The notes: generated from the letters alone by a model not told the origin. A stretch of DNA of 64,000 nt from an uncultured Myxococcales bacterium (GCA_964013405.1 CAXGWI010000001.1:56230-120229); one strand, 5' to 3'. Shown: positions 9,821-20,189, counted from the stretch's first letter. A program made the numbers and translations.

Positions 9821-11554
9821 TCAGGACGCTGCCCGTGGGAGCCACCGTGCCATCCAGCCCTTGGCGAATTCCGTCGCAATACCCAATGCCGTCATCTTCT
9901 TTGGAGGCAGTAAGAGCCCCTGCAGTAACCGACGGCGAGCTTCACTGCGACGGATCTTCCCCGACGACGTCCGGGGCAAGGTACCGGGTGCCAATATCAG
10001 CACACCCGCTACCGTCAGTCCGGAATGCTCCTGAACGGCTTCTCGACAGATCTGAATGAGTCCTTCGTCCTCGCTATTGTGTGACTCGGCGAGCAAATAA
10101 AGTGCTTCAGTATCGCCGGTTTCGACGGGCAAAGAGACTGCTGCCCAACAGCCAGTCCGGAGCCCTTCCACCCCATCCAGGCCTTGTTCGATAACGCTGG
10201 GATCGTAATTCCGCCCCCGCAAGATAATCACGTCCTTCGCCCGCCCACACAAAAAGAGGTCACCCGCCAACACAAAGCCACGATCCCCTGTATCGAGCCA
10301 GTCATCCTGCAAGACGGCAGTGGTCTCCTCAGGCTGATCCAAGTAGCCAGCCATCACGCCATCCCCCCGAACCCAGACCTGGCCCACCTGAGCTTCGGGC
10401 ACACATGCGCCGGAAGGGTCACGAATCTCGACCTCAGTCCCAGCAAGAGGACGCCCCAGTGAACTCAGCGGCAGCCCTTCCTCGGCCAACTGAGCCTGAC
10501 CGTCTTCTTCCAGGCTGGCCGGATCCACATGAATGATTCGTCGCTCCACTTCGATCGGGGCGAAAGTCACACCTAGCGTCGCTTCGGCCAATCCGTAAAC
10601 GGGGGTCAGGGCGCTCGACTGGAAACCCACCGGGCCAAATCGAGCACAGAATCGGTCCAGGGTTTTTGGATGAACCGGCTCGGCACCACAAAGGGCCACC
10701 GTCCAAGAGCTCAAATCCAAGCCCTCTAAGTCTTCGTCGCCAATCCGCTCAGCACAGAGACCGAACGCAAAATTCGGCGCCACCGAGATGGTCGCCCGAG
10801 ACTCAGTCAGGGCTTCGAGCCAACCGACCGGACGGGCGATAAACCGCTCTGGATTGATTAAGGTCAGCGGCCCTTTTGCCATAATGGCGGTGAGCAGGCA
10901 GCCGATCAAACCCATATCATGATAGAGCGGCAACCAACTGACCCCAGAGTGGTTTGAGGGGTCGCCCGGAAAGGTTGACATGATGGCTTGGCAGTTTCGG
11001 ATCATGTTGTTGTGGGTCAGTGCAACCGGCTTAGGGCGCCCCGTCGACCCTGAACTAAATTGAACTGCGGCAAGAACTTCAGGGCCCTCACTACACCGGT
11101 AAACCTCCTCGGATCTCCGGCACCAATCAACGGTTTGGACACCGTGGGGGACACCGGCGCGCTGACCCGGAACACTCACCAATGGAAGCAAGCGGCGATC
11201 GGACAAGACGATCTGAACCCGAGCTTCCCGCATCATCTGCGCCGTCCGCTCCTTCCATTCGTCAATGCGTCCAAGACGAACTGGCGGGTACATAGCGCAG
11301 GGCACCGCACCGGCTAGAACAGCGCCGAAGAACCCGTGATAAAAGTCGGGCCCAGTGGGCAATACCAGGCCAACTCGATCCCCAGGCTGAAGCCCTAAAG
11401 AGACCAGTGTTCCCGCCACGCGAGCAGCCTGAGTGGCTAGCTCGCCATAGGTGAACTTCTGGTGACGCCCGAGTCCCGACCAGAAGGTGACCCCGAGACC
11501 CTCGTGCTCAGCTGCTTTCAAAAACGCAGCACCAAGGGTGTGATCTATCGTCAT
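9821..11554 (-). CDS. Fatty acyl-AMP ligase (FAAL)
   Basis: QFSSGSTGRPK, SWLPLYHDMGLIG, APNFAF, YGLAEATL followed by a FAAL-type insertion, and LPRTSSGKIRR. Confidence 0.9.
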   Translation of the reverse strand: MTIDHTLGAAFLKAAEHEGLGVTFWSGLGRHQKFTYGELATQAARVAGTLVSLGLQPGDRVGLVLPTGPDFYHGFFGAVLAGAVPCAMYPPVRLGRIDEWKERTAQMMREARVQIVLSDRRLLPLVSVPGQRAGVPHGVQTVDWCRRSEEVYRCSEGPEVLAAVQFSSGSTGRPKPVALTHNNMIRNCQAIMSTFPGDPSNHSGVSWLPLYHDMGLIGCLLTAIMAKGPLTLINPERFIARPVGWLEALTESRATISVAPNFAFGLCAERIGDEDLEGLDLSSWTVALCGAEPVHPKTLDRFCARFGPVGFQSSALTPVYGLAEATLGVTFAPIEVERRIIHVDPASLEEDGQAQLAEEGLPLSSLGRPLAGTEVEIRDPSGACVPEAQVGQVWVRGDGVMAGYLDQPEETTAVLQDDWLDTGDRGFVLAGDLFLCGRAKDVIILRGRNYDPSVIEQGLDGVEGLRTGCWAAVSLPVETGDTEALYLLAESHNSEDEGLIQICREAVQEHSGLTVAGVLILAPGTLPRTSSGKIRRSEARRRLLQGLLLPPKKMTALGIATEFAKGWMARWLPRAAS

Positions 11555-11828
11555 AGAGCCTCCCTCAGATTCAGGTCACCAAGGACGGGATCATCACTTT
11601 GCCCATCGACCGCAACAACTCTTGCAGGCTCCATTAAGCCAACCCACTCCGTATCCACAGAAGAAAGTAATCAATATGGTCGTTATTGTCACCAAAATTC
11701 GACCAAATCGAACACTTGTTCATTTGAGACCCAAAGAGCAACGAGCACGTCGGATGGACGACGACTGGCTGGGTTTCCGCAGGTCGCTCACCCACGTCCG
11801 CTCGCCCTAGAATGAGTGCTCATGCTTC

Positions 11829-12110
11829 TCAGGCCAACGAGTCGAGGGCCTGGGCCACCAGTTCTGCGACTTCACGCAGCGTTTCAGGCGGCTGATCCGG
11901 TGGTTCGTTCAAGAAGACTTGGAAGTGATTTTCCACCTCAAGGGCGAAGTTGAGCAGGCCCATACTATCGAGACCGAGATCAGCTTGGAGGCGTGTTGAC
12001 GGTGCCCAGTCTCCTGGAAGTTCGCAGTGATCCCGCAGGATCATGACCAGGTCTGAATGGATTTCGGCGAGGCGCTCAGGGGATGAACCGCCCCCTGTTT
12101 TCAAAGGCAT
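11829..12110 (-). CDS. Acyl carrier protein
   Basis: 'LQADLGLDSMGLL' phosphopantetheine Ser motif; AGGAGG 8 nt before ATG 12110. Confidence 0.85.
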   Translation of the reverse strand: MPLKTGGGSSPERLAEIHSDLVMILRDHCELPGDWAPSTRLQADLGLDSMGLLNFALEVENHFQVFLNEPPDQPPETLREVAELVAQALDSLA

Positions 12111-12636
12111 CGAGATAGCCTCCTGACTGCTCAAGGGCAGCCTCTTCTCGCCCGATGCGATGCCGCAAAAGGAGCCCATTGGCTAGGCTGAATACGAGGG
12201 CTGTCATCCAAGCTCCGCCCAGTAATGGCAGGGCTAAAATCTCCAGTACCACGCCCAGATAGTTGGGGTGCCGAATCCACCGATAAAGCCCACCCACTTG
12301 GGGCGGTGCCTCGGGCAGGATCATGATCGTGACTGTCCACCGCGGCCCAAGGGTCGAAATGGCCTCCCAACGCAAAGCTTGGCCCACAAGGAGTGCGAAG
12401 GCGCTGCTATAGACGAGCCAAGATGGTAGTTCAGTGGCAAAGAACGTGGCCTCGATGACGGCAGCGACCAACCACAGGCTATGCAAGGCCCGCATCCAGG
12501 GCATCTGCTCTGGTGCGACTTCATAGCCTCCAGAGGCCACGATTTGGGCCTGATGCGTTGCGCTCAGGCGTAGTTCGGACAATCGCTGTAATCCAACCAG
12601 GCCAAGCAGTGCGAGGTAAGCCAGAAGAGGTGACAT
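12076..12636 (-). CDS. Isoprenylcysteine carboxyl methyltransferase (ICMT) family, SrsB/FtpB-like
   Basis: 'QRLSELRLS', 'TLGPRWT', 'GLYRWIRHPNYLGVVLEI' and 'RIGREEAAL'; adjacent to the type III PKS. Confidence 0.88.
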   Translation of the reverse strand: MSPLLAYLALLGLVGLQRLSELRLSATHQAQIVASGGYEVAPEQMPWMRALHSLWLVAAVIEATFFATELPSWLVYSSAFALLVGQALRWEAISTLGPRWTVTIMILPEAPPQVGGLYRWIRHPNYLGVVLEILALPLLGGAWMTALVFSLANGLLLRHRIGREEAALEQSGGYLDAFENRGRFIP

Positions 12637-13700
12637 CAGCCCACGCGCTCCAAGAGATTCAGCTCGGCACAAAAAGCCGGTCCCATCGCCGCCATCAGCC
12701 CCCGTTGTCCCGGGGGTGGCAAGGCTTTCAGCAATTCATGAAGAACGAACAAAACAGAGGTCGAACTCATGTTCCCATAGGTGGCCAGACTATCCCAACT
12801 CGCCTGCAGGTCAGCCTGACTCAAGCCCAGAGCTTCCTGCATGGCACCAAGGACCTTGGGGCCCCCGGGATGGGCCACGTAGAAGTCTAAGGCATCTGCG
12901 CCAAGGTCAGCATCCCGAAGCAGACCTTCCACCGCAGAGGGAAGCTCCTCTTTCACAAGACTTGGAACCTCAGGGGATAAGACAACCTTAAAGCCACTAT
13001 CGACAACATCCCAGCCCATGATCCGCTCGGTCTGCGGGAAGAAGACTGAGCGCGGATGCGACCAGGCCAGTGGTGCACTCGCCGCAAGCGGATGCTCATC
13101 ACCAACCATCAGCACGGCCGCACAGCCGTCACCGAAGAGGCCACTGGCGATGATATTGGCCACACTCAGGTCTTCCCGCTGTAGCGTCAGCGAACAAAGT
13201 TCAACGGAGAGGAGAATGCCAGCCTCGCCGGGGTGTCCCCGCAGATAATCCCCCAGCCGGTTCACGCCAGCACAGCCTGCGAGACAACCAAGGCCGAACA
13301 GGGGCACTCGTTTGGTCGCTGGCGAAAACTCCAGCCGATTCATCACCCGCGCCTCAAGACTCGGGACGGCGATCCCCGTGACCGTGGTGCTGATCACGAT
13401 CGAAATCTCGTCCGGTGCCAACCCGGCCCGGGCCAGCAGGTCCTGAATCGCCGCCTCTGCCATGTCTGTCGCCACTCGGATCCACGCATCGTTATGGGCG
13501 CCAAAGCCATCGAGCGACTCGTAGGCTTCGATGGGCAGCGCAAGATGGCGGCCGCCGACCAGAACATTTCGTTGAAACTGTTCGATCCGCCCCGGGTTGT
13601 AGTAGCGCTCGCCCCAACGCTGAAGGAGGGCAGCGATGAGTTCATCTTGGCTGTATTCATGGGGCGCTAAGGCCGTTGCCGTCGAATGAATCCGGACCAT
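12636..13700 (-). CDS. Type III polyketide synthase (SrsA/FtpA-like)
   Basis: Cys-His-Asn triad in FGLGCLAG, AHPGGPKV and GNMSS; also LFGDG and AMGPAF. Confidence 0.93.
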   Translation of the reverse strand: MVRIHSTATALAPHEYSQDELIAALLQRWGERYYNPGRIEQFQRNVLVGGRHLALPIEAYESLDGFGAHNDAWIRVATDMAEAAIQDLLARAGLAPDEISIVISTTVTGIAVPSLEARVMNRLEFSPATKRVPLFGLGCLAGCAGVNRLGDYLRGHPGEAGILLSVELCSLTLQREDLSVANIIASGLFGDGCAAVLMVGDEHPLAASAPLAWSHPRSVFFPQTERIMGWDVVDSGFKVVLSPEVPSLVKEELPSAVEGLLRDADLGADALDFYVAHPGGPKVLGAMQEALGLSQADLQASWDSLATYGNMSSTSVLFVLHELLKALPPPGQRGLMAAMGPAFCAELNLLERVG

Positions 13701-14186
13701 TTATGTGACTCCCGTGCGTTGGATTAATCCGCTATCGATACGAAATCTCTTGAGCCACCGACCCTCGCAATCCGCCATCCGTCGACTGTCCTCAGGGGCC
13801 TCGTGGTCTTCACCAAGGAGGTGAAGCAGTCCGTGGACCAGGAGGATGACCATTTCATCGGTAAGGCTGTTGCCAAGCTCCTGGGCCTGTCTGCGTGCTG
13901 TCTCGACTGAAATCACCACATCGCCGAGACAAGGTGCGTTGCGGGGGACGGGCAGGTCGAATTGGGGAAAGCTGAGCACATCAGTTGCCTGGTCAAGACC
14001 GCGCCATTCGGCGTTCAGAACTCGGATCCCATCATCATCAGTGAGCACGATACTCACCTCCGTGTGGCCCTCAGTGACCCAATCGGTGCAAATCGTCGCT
14101 GCCACTCTCCTCAACCGGCGTGGGATCGATGGTAGGAGTCGGATCGGCGTCTGGCTTTGGGTGCTGAGTCGAACTGTTGCTGTCAC
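13701..14186 (-). CDS. ybeY: rRNA maturation endoribonuclease YbeY
   Basis: 'LNAEWRGLDQATDVLSFP', 'LGDVVIS' and the HGLLHLLGEDH zinc motif; GTG 14186 with AAGGAG upstream. Confidence 0.92.
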   Translation of the reverse strand: MTATVRLSTQSQTPIRLLPSIPRRLRRVAATICTDWVTEGHTEVSIVLTDDDGIRVLNAEWRGLDQATDVLSFPQFDLPVPRNAPCLGDVVISVETARRQAQELGNSLTDEMVILLVHGLLHLLGEDHEAPEDSRRMADCEGRWLKRFRIDSGLIQRTGVT

Positions 14187-16497
14187 GGCGCTCCTTCGTT
14201 GCTGGCTCTTGGTAGCGCGGCCGATGATGGTAGATTCCAACCAAAACTGCGTGGAACGCATTCGCAATCTTGTGGAGGTCGCGCAGGGTCAGATCGCATT
14301 CGTCGAGTTGCCCTTCCGCGAAGATCTTATTGGTCATTTTCTGCACAAGACCTCGAAGGCGGTCCGGGTCAGGAATGTCGACGGTCTTGGCCGAAGCTTC
14401 GACCGCATCGGCAATCATGAGCAGGGCTGCTTCGGGGTATTGGGGCTTACGCCAATGATGGCTGTAATCCTCCACATCAACCCGCTCACCTTCGGGGGCT
14501 AGTTCCACAGCTTTCTTATAAAAGAAGCTGATGACCCGGGAGCCGTGGTGCATCTCGATCCCGTCGATGATCTCCTCGCCGAGACCATAACTTCGGGCCA
14601 ATTCCTGGCCCTCCGAGACGTGCTTTTTAATGATGAGCACACTCATGCTTGGTTTGAGCTTATCGTGGGGGTTCTCACCCCTTTGATTCTCGCCAAAATA
14701 CTCCGGGTAGAGCCCTTTGCCGATGTCATGGTAATAGGCCATGACCCGCGCCAATAAGGGATTCCTACCGATCGCCTGGGCCCCGGCTTCAACCAGCGAA
14801 GCGACCATCATGGAGTGGTGATAGGAACCCGGTGCTCGCAGCGCGAGCTCCCGAAGTGCAGGGTGATCGAGGTTGGAGAGCTCGGCCAAGCGCAAATTGG
14901 TCATGTAGCCAAAGACCCATTCGATCACCGGCGTGATCATCGGAATTCCAACGGCGGCGAGTAACCCACCGAGGACATAGTTGATGCCCTCGAACCCCAT
15001 TTCTTGGCTGACGGCCCCCCCCTCGATGAGTGTCGTCCCCAGGCTAATGCCCCAGGCCGCAATTCCAGCGACCAGGCCTGCTCGAAGGAAATCGGTGCGT
15101 CGGCGAGCTCCGTCCATCAAGCTCGCGCCCACCAAAGAGCCCAACATCACGGGTAGCGTATCGCTGATTTCCCCGGTGGCAGCGATGGCGATCAAGGGCG
15201 ACGAAACCACCACAAAAACTAAGGTCACCGTTCCATCGAGCACGAAGGCCACGAGGAGGGCCCCCGCAACCACTGGCAACAGGGGTCTCAACAGTCCGGC
15301 ATGGAGTTCTGGGCGCTGGGCAGCCACGGCATCGAGAACGCCGCTCAAAAGGGAAATCGCCGCCAATTGAACAACGAGGGTGACAGCCATAAAGGCCAGA
15401 TCTCGAGCATCGGGCCGATACCGGGCCATGTGCCGCAAGGCGAACCAATGAACGCAGGCGACGAGCAAAGCGATGAGTAAACCGGCACCGAGGGCAACCA
15501 ACCAAGCTGCTAAGGCGCCCTGCTGGTTAATCTGTTTGAACAACAGGACGTGGTCGGCGGTCACTTCTTGGCCCCGACGAACGAGCACTTCACCCCGAGC
15601 GACGTTTTGCACCACCACTGGGATCTGGTGTCGAGCTAAGCGCTGACGTTCGGCCGTCTCAGCGGCGTTGTAGGTCGCCGTTGGGACCACCAAATGTCCA
15701 AGCAGTTGGGCCAAACTGCGACCGATGCGATCGTCGATGCGCTCAAGGTTGGCGGCAACTCGCAACTCAGGCTCGCGACTGAGGACCACCTCGACAAGGC
15801 GCTTACGAAGTGTTTTCAGGTCATCGAGGGCCTCAAGGCTGGTGAATCGCTCTTGCCGTGGACCGCGCAGCGTTAGGCCACGCACAGCCCGAGACTGGGC
15901 CCGCTGGCGACTCTCCACGACAGGACGCTCGTAGACTGACTGCAAGACGTCACCGAGAACCTGGGCCACCTCAGTCCGATAGCCGAGGCGATCGAGGGCA
16001 TCGAACTCCACCGGCATCCCCTGGATCTGAAGTCCCTTTGAGAACTCCAGTTGGGCTCGCTGGCGACGGTTGTTCAACTCGGCCAGCGCAAAGCTGTAAT
16101 CGACTTCTCGGTCCCCGTCCCCTCCCCCATCGATCCGGTCTTGTAGGGCTCTTCTGGCTTCCGCGATGGCCTGCATCTCGACGGCCATCGCGGAGTAGGT
16201 CTCCCGGAGGACGCGAGTGACCCGATCCACGGCCACTCGAGCGTGATCGTAGACCACAGGAACAGTCTGAGCCGCCTCGTCCCGCCGCCGTTGGGTCTCA
16301 GCCTGGTCGGTCACTCGCGTGCTGCGGGCTGCACGAATATCTCGCAGGGCAACCTTTCCTGGCTCTGGTACACGCACTTGGGCCGTCGTGAGATCCGGGC
16401 GCATCGCCAAGGTGCCCGCAACCATCAGAAGGAGGATGAGACAGGCGAGGAGGCTTCGGCTTGGCTGGCCGCCTCGTGATCGTAGCAGGGACAACAT
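14071..16497 (-). CDS. 7TM-HD (HDIG) phosphohydrolase, PgpH-like
   Basis: Signal/TM, large extracytoplasmic domain and multiple TMs, then APGSYHHS, YYHDIGK, HHG and MIADAVEA; typical neighbour of ybeY. Confidence 0.88.
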   Translation of the reverse strand: MLSLLRSRGGQPSRSLLACLILLLMVAGTLAMRPDLTTAQVRVPEPGKVALRDIRAARSTRVTDQAETQRRRDEAAQTVPVVYDHARVAVDRVTRVLRETYSAMAVEMQAIAEARRALQDRIDGGGDGDREVDYSFALAELNNRRQRAQLEFSKGLQIQGMPVEFDALDRLGYRTEVAQVLGDVLQSVYERPVVESRQRAQSRAVRGLTLRGPRQERFTSLEALDDLKTLRKRLVEVVLSREPELRVAANLERIDDRIGRSLAQLLGHLVVPTATYNAAETAERQRLARHQIPVVVQNVARGEVLVRRGQEVTADHVLLFKQINQQGALAAWLVALGAGLLIALLVACVHWFALRHMARYRPDARDLAFMAVTLVVQLAAISLLSGVLDAVAAQRPELHAGLLRPLLPVVAGALLVAFVLDGTVTLVFVVVSSPLIAIAATGEISDTLPVMLGSLVGASLMDGARRRTDFLRAGLVAGIAAWGISLGTTLIEGGAVSQEMGFEGINYVLGGLLAAVGIPMITPVIEWVFGYMTNLRLAELSNLDHPALRELALRAPGSYHHSMMVASLVEAGAQAIGRNPLLARVMAYYHDIGKGLYPEYFGENQRGENPHDKLKPSMSVLIIKKHVSEGQELARSYGLGEEIIDGIEMHHGSRVISFFYKKAVELAPEGERVDVEDYSHHWRKPQYPEAALLMIADAVEASAKTVDIPDPDRLRGLVQKMTNKIFAEGQLDECDLTLRDLHKIANAFHAVLVGIYHHRPRYQEPATKERRDSNSSTQHPKPDADPTPTIDPTPVEESGSDDLHRLGH

Positions 16498-16506
16498 GAC
16501 TATCGG

Positions 16507-17304
16507 TTACCCCTTGGGGGCCACCTGGCTCAAGCCCTTGGCTTCATTCCAGAGCGCGTCAAGGTCCGTGACCCGCTCCCAGGTCTCGTTACGCTGGGCC
16601 AGAATCCCCTCGATCGCCTGGACTCGGTCGGTAAACTTCCGAGTGGCCCGGCGCAGGGCCGCTTCCGGCTCGAGGTCCATGTGCCGGGCCCACTGGGCGA
16701 GACTAAACAACAAGTCGCCAAACTCTCCTTCGAGATCCCCCTGATGGCCGCTTTGTCGCGCGGCCTCTAACTCGTCTAACTCTTCTAGGACTTTCGACCG
16801 CACCCCGGCGACGTCTTCCCAGTCGAGCCCAACACGTGCGGCTTTTTCGCCGAGGCGAGCAGCCCGCTGGAGCGCGGGTGCAGCCGGCGGAATACCGGCG
16901 ACGATGGAGCGCTGCTTCCCCTTTTTTTCTGCCCGCTTGATCTGTTCCCACTGCTGTTCGACCGCACCGGCATCTAGACTTCGATTGTCTTCGAAAACAT
17001 GGGGATGCCGCCGGATCAGTTTATCGCAAATACCATCGATCACTTCATCCAGGGTGAAGGCACGCTCCTCCTTGGCAATTCGGCTCTGGAAGACGACCTG
17101 GAGGAGAAGGTCTCCCAACTCATCACATTGGGCCTTTCGGTCGCCTCGCTCCATAGCCTCCAAGCACTCGTAGGCTTCTTCAATGAGGTAAGGCTGCAAA
17201 CTCTCCATGGTTTGCTCAGCATCCCATGGACAACCACCAGGGTCGCGGAGTTGATCCATGATCTCGACGAGACGGTCAAAGCGGGCTGCTGTTTCTGACA
17301 TCAC
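16507..17304 (-). CDS. mazG: Nucleoside triphosphate pyrophosphohydrolase MazG
   Basis: GGCPWDAEQT, EEAYE, ELGDLLLQVVF, KLIRRHPHVF and EFGDLLF motifs. Confidence 0.95.
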   Translation of the reverse strand: MMSETAARFDRLVEIMDQLRDPGGCPWDAEQTMESLQPYLIEEAYECLEAMERGDRKAQCDELGDLLLQVVFQSRIAKEERAFTLDEVIDGICDKLIRRHPHVFEDNRSLDAGAVEQQWEQIKRAEKKGKQRSIVAGIPPAAPALQRAARLGEKAARVGLDWEDVAGVRSKVLEELDELEAARQSGHQGDLEGEFGDLLFSLAQWARHMDLEPEAALRRATRKFTDRVQAIEGILAQRNETWERVTDLDALWNEAKGLSQVAPKG

Positions 17305-17316
17305 ACCCTCCGCTGC

Positions 17317-18909
17317 CTAGCCTCGACGGCGCCGGCGAAGCCAGCGGCGAGGGTCTGGAATAGCATGAGACAGCATCTCAAACTCAGGAAGTGAGAGGCT
17401 CCTGCAGGCCATCACGAGTGAGACGAGGCCGACGCCAACAAAAACAGACAGCTTGAAAATAGCCATCCATGAACTGCGCTCCCAACCAAACTCTTGCCGC
17501 AACCAATAAACAGGAAGGCCCATGATCGTCGCAGCAGCGATGCTGCGAAACAGACTCGCGACGAGCGCAGGATAGACCCAACTCTCTAAAGACCGGCGGA
17601 GCCAATAGAGCAGAATGACCAATTGAACCAGGGTCGCGAGGGCGAGCCCCGCAGCGAGACCAGCCACACCAAAGTAGTATGCGAGCGCGCCACCAGCGAC
17701 CGCATTGACGATGAGGGCGCAGACTCCAGCTTGAACGGGTCGTTTGGTATTTTTCAATGCGAAGAAGACCTGGGTGACCATCCGGACACCAGCGGCCGGG
17801 AGAAGCCCCACAGACAACCAAAACAGCACGTCAGCCGTGAGGGATGCGGCTTCTTTGCTGAAGTTTCCATGCCCAAACAGGACGATAATGATGGGATCCG
17901 CCAACAGGGCCATCCCGACCGCTGCAGCACAGGATACCAACAACAATGACCCCATGGAATTCCGAAAGAGTTCGGAGAACCCCCGGTGGTCACCCATGGC
18001 CCGAAACCGACTAAAGGACGGCTGACTTGCCGTGGCCATGGCGACCGCGAAGAGGCCTAAGGTCAGCTCTTGGACGCGGGTTGCGTTGTAATACTGTGTC
18101 ACCGCGCCTTCGGGAAGCAAGCTGGCGTAGGTTCGCAGGATGACGATGTTGATCTGATAAACCGCAATGCCAAAGAGTTGGGGCACCATCAGGCGACCGG
18201 CCTCTGGCAAACCAGGGTGACCGGGCGCCCAAGCGGGCAACATGCCACATTTGCTGACGGCGACATCCGTACCCATGACGATCAGTTGGACGATCCCACC
18301 GCAGACCACACCCACGGCCAAACCATAGATGGGGTGGGGCAAGAAGGTCATCGGAAGGACCGCACCTGCGATCACGCAGATGTTGAAAAATACCGGCGTC
18401 GCTGCCGCTGACGCGAAGCGGCGATGCGCGTTTGCAATCCCGCCGTAAAATCCGACCAGCGAGACCAGGCCTAAATAGGGGAACATCCAACGGGTCAGGT
18501 TCAGAGCCAACTCAAAGGTCTTGGGGTCGTCGCGAAAACCAAATGCAAACAAGGAGACCAGCGCCGGCGCAAAGAACATCCCCAGTCCGACCAGGCTGAA
18601 GACGAGCAGGGCCCAGATTCCGAGGAGCGCTCGGGCGTAGCGCCGGGCTCCCTCTTCGCCCTCTTGGGCAAGGCGCTCAGCGTAGGTAGGGACCAGAATC
18701 GCTGAAACCGCCCCCTCGCCGACCAAACGACGAAAAACATTGGGGATGGTTTGGGCGATGAAGAACGCGTCGGCCACGATGGTTGCACCAAAGATATTGG
18801 CGACGACGATATCTCGGATGGCACCAAAAACTCGGGACACGAGGGTCCATGCGCCGACGACGCCCGTGGAACGGGCCACCTTTCTCGTTTCCTCAGCGGC
18901 CTCGCTCAT
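17317..18909 (-). CDS. murJ: Lipid II flippase MurJ (MviN)
   Basis: 'SRVFGAIRD', 'ADAFFIAQTIPNVFRRLVGEGA'; polytopic MOP-family profile. Confidence 0.93.
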   Translation of the reverse strand: MSEAAEETRKVARSTGVVGAWTLVSRVFGAIRDIVVANIFGATIVADAFFIAQTIPNVFRRLVGEGAVSAILVPTYAERLAQEGEEGARRYARALLGIWALLVFSLVGLGMFFAPALVSLFAFGFRDDPKTFELALNLTRWMFPYLGLVSLVGFYGGIANAHRRFASAAATPVFFNICVIAGAVLPMTFLPHPIYGLAVGVVCGGIVQLIVMGTDVAVSKCGMLPAWAPGHPGLPEAGRLMVPQLFGIAVYQINIVILRTYASLLPEGAVTQYYNATRVQELTLGLFAVAMATASQPSFSRFRAMGDHRGFSELFRNSMGSLLLVSCAAAVGMALLADPIIIVLFGHGNFSKEAASLTADVLFWLSVGLLPAAGVRMVTQVFFALKNTKRPVQAGVCALIVNAVAGGALAYYFGVAGLAAGLALATLVQLVILLYWLRRSLESWVYPALVASLFRSIAAATIMGLPVYWLRQEFGWERSSWMAIFKLSVFVGVGLVSLVMACRSLSLPEFEMLSHAIPDPRRWLRRRRRG

Positions 18910-20189
18910 TCCGCCTCTCGAGTGACGGATGCGCCCAGCTTCGACAGCTTGATCTCGAGATTCTCATAGCCCCGATCAAGATGGTAGATGCGCCGAACGA
19001 TGGTCTCTCCATGAGCCACAAGACCGGCCAGAACCAAGGATGCCGAGGCCCTTAGATCCGAGGCGGTCACGGGCGCACCAGAAAGGCGCTTAACGCCTCG
19101 AATGGTGGCCGTCCGGCCCTCGACATGAATGTCCCCCCCCATGCGAACCAATTCGGAGGCGTGGAGGTAGCGATTCTCGAAGATTTTTTCCGTGAACATG
19201 CTGCGGCCTTGCGCCACTGCCATCACGGCCATCAGCTGAGCTTGCATGTCCGTCGGAAAGCCTGGGTATTCACCAGTGGTCACATCGACCGCTCGGGGGC
19301 GAAATGGCGCGTCGATGGTCACCTCACCGATTCCGGCTCCATTGACCTCGCCGATCTTCAGGCGACAGTCAGCTTCCCTCAGTTTCTCCACCAAGGCCTC
19401 GACATGGGACACTGGGCAGTTCGACAAGGTGAGGGACCCCTGCCCGATCGCACCGGCACACAAGAGGGTGCCCGCCTCAATGCGATCCGGTGGCACCTCG
19501 AAACGGCAGCCCGAAAGACGGTCCTGCCCCTGAATCACCAACCGGTGCGTTCCCTCACCCTCGATCTCTGCACCCATGGCCCTGAGCAATTCGACGAGGG
19601 CGACAATCTCAGGCTCCCGGGCCGCGTTCTCGATCACACTCTCGCCCCGGGCCAAGACCGCAGCCATCAGGGCATTCTCCGTACCGCCGACCGTGATCTT
19701 CTCAAACACGACCCGCCCACCGACCAAGCCGCCGGGGGGGGTACGAGCAACCACATAGCCGGACTCCACCTCGATCCGGGCCCCTAGGGACTCCATGGCC
19801 TTCAAGTGGAGATCCACCGGCCGGGATCCAATGGCGCAGCCGCCCGGCATACTGACCCGAGCCTGCCCGCAGCGAGCAAGAAGCGGCCCCAGCACAAGAA
19901 CCGAAGCCCGCATCGTCCGCACCAGATCATAGGCTGCGGTGGTGTCCTCGATCGTGGGTGTCGTCAGAACGAGCTCGCCGCCCCGGCGCTCTGTGAATTC
20001 CGTACCGAGGCTCACCAACAATCGCCCCATGGTCTGAACATCGACGAGCCGTGTGGGGGCTCCGGCAAAGCGGATCGGTTCTTCCGACAACAAAGTCGCC
20101 GCCATTAAGGGAAGCGCAGCATTTTTCGCGCCGCTCACCCGAACCGTACCACTGATGGGGCGCCCACCCTGGATGCGAAAGATATCCAT
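18906..20189 (-). CDS. murA: UDP-N-acetylglucosamine 1-carboxyvinyltransferase
   Basis: SGAKNAALP, MRASVLVLGPLL, PGGCAIGSRP (Cys retained), YPGFPTDMQAQ, DLRASA and HLDRGYE. Confidence 0.97.
   Translation of the reverse strand: MDIFRIQGGRPISGTVRVSGAKNAALPLMAATLLSEEPIRFAGAPTRLVDVQTMGRLLVSLGTEFTERRGGELVLTTPTIEDTTAAYDLVRTMRASVLVLGPLLARCGQARVSMPGGCAIGSRPVDLHLKAMESLGARIEVESGYVVARTPPGGLVGGRVVFEKITVGGTENALMAAVLARGESVIENAAREPEIVALVELLRAMGAEIEGEGTHRLVIQGQDRLSGCRFEVPPDRIEAGTLLCAGAIGQGSLTLSNCPVSHVEALVEKLREADCRLKIGEVNGAGIGEVTIDAPFRPRAVDVTTGEYPGFPTDMQAQLMAVMAVAQGRSMFTEKIFENRYLHASELVRMGGDIHVEGRTATIRGVKRLSGAPVTASDLRASASLVLAGLVAHGETIVRRIYHLDRGYENLEIKLSKLGASVTREAE

Noticed and set aside
16507..17304. MazG as an anti-phage defence gene
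   Set aside because: It is a full-length two-domain housekeeping type in a core operon, with no defence-island context.
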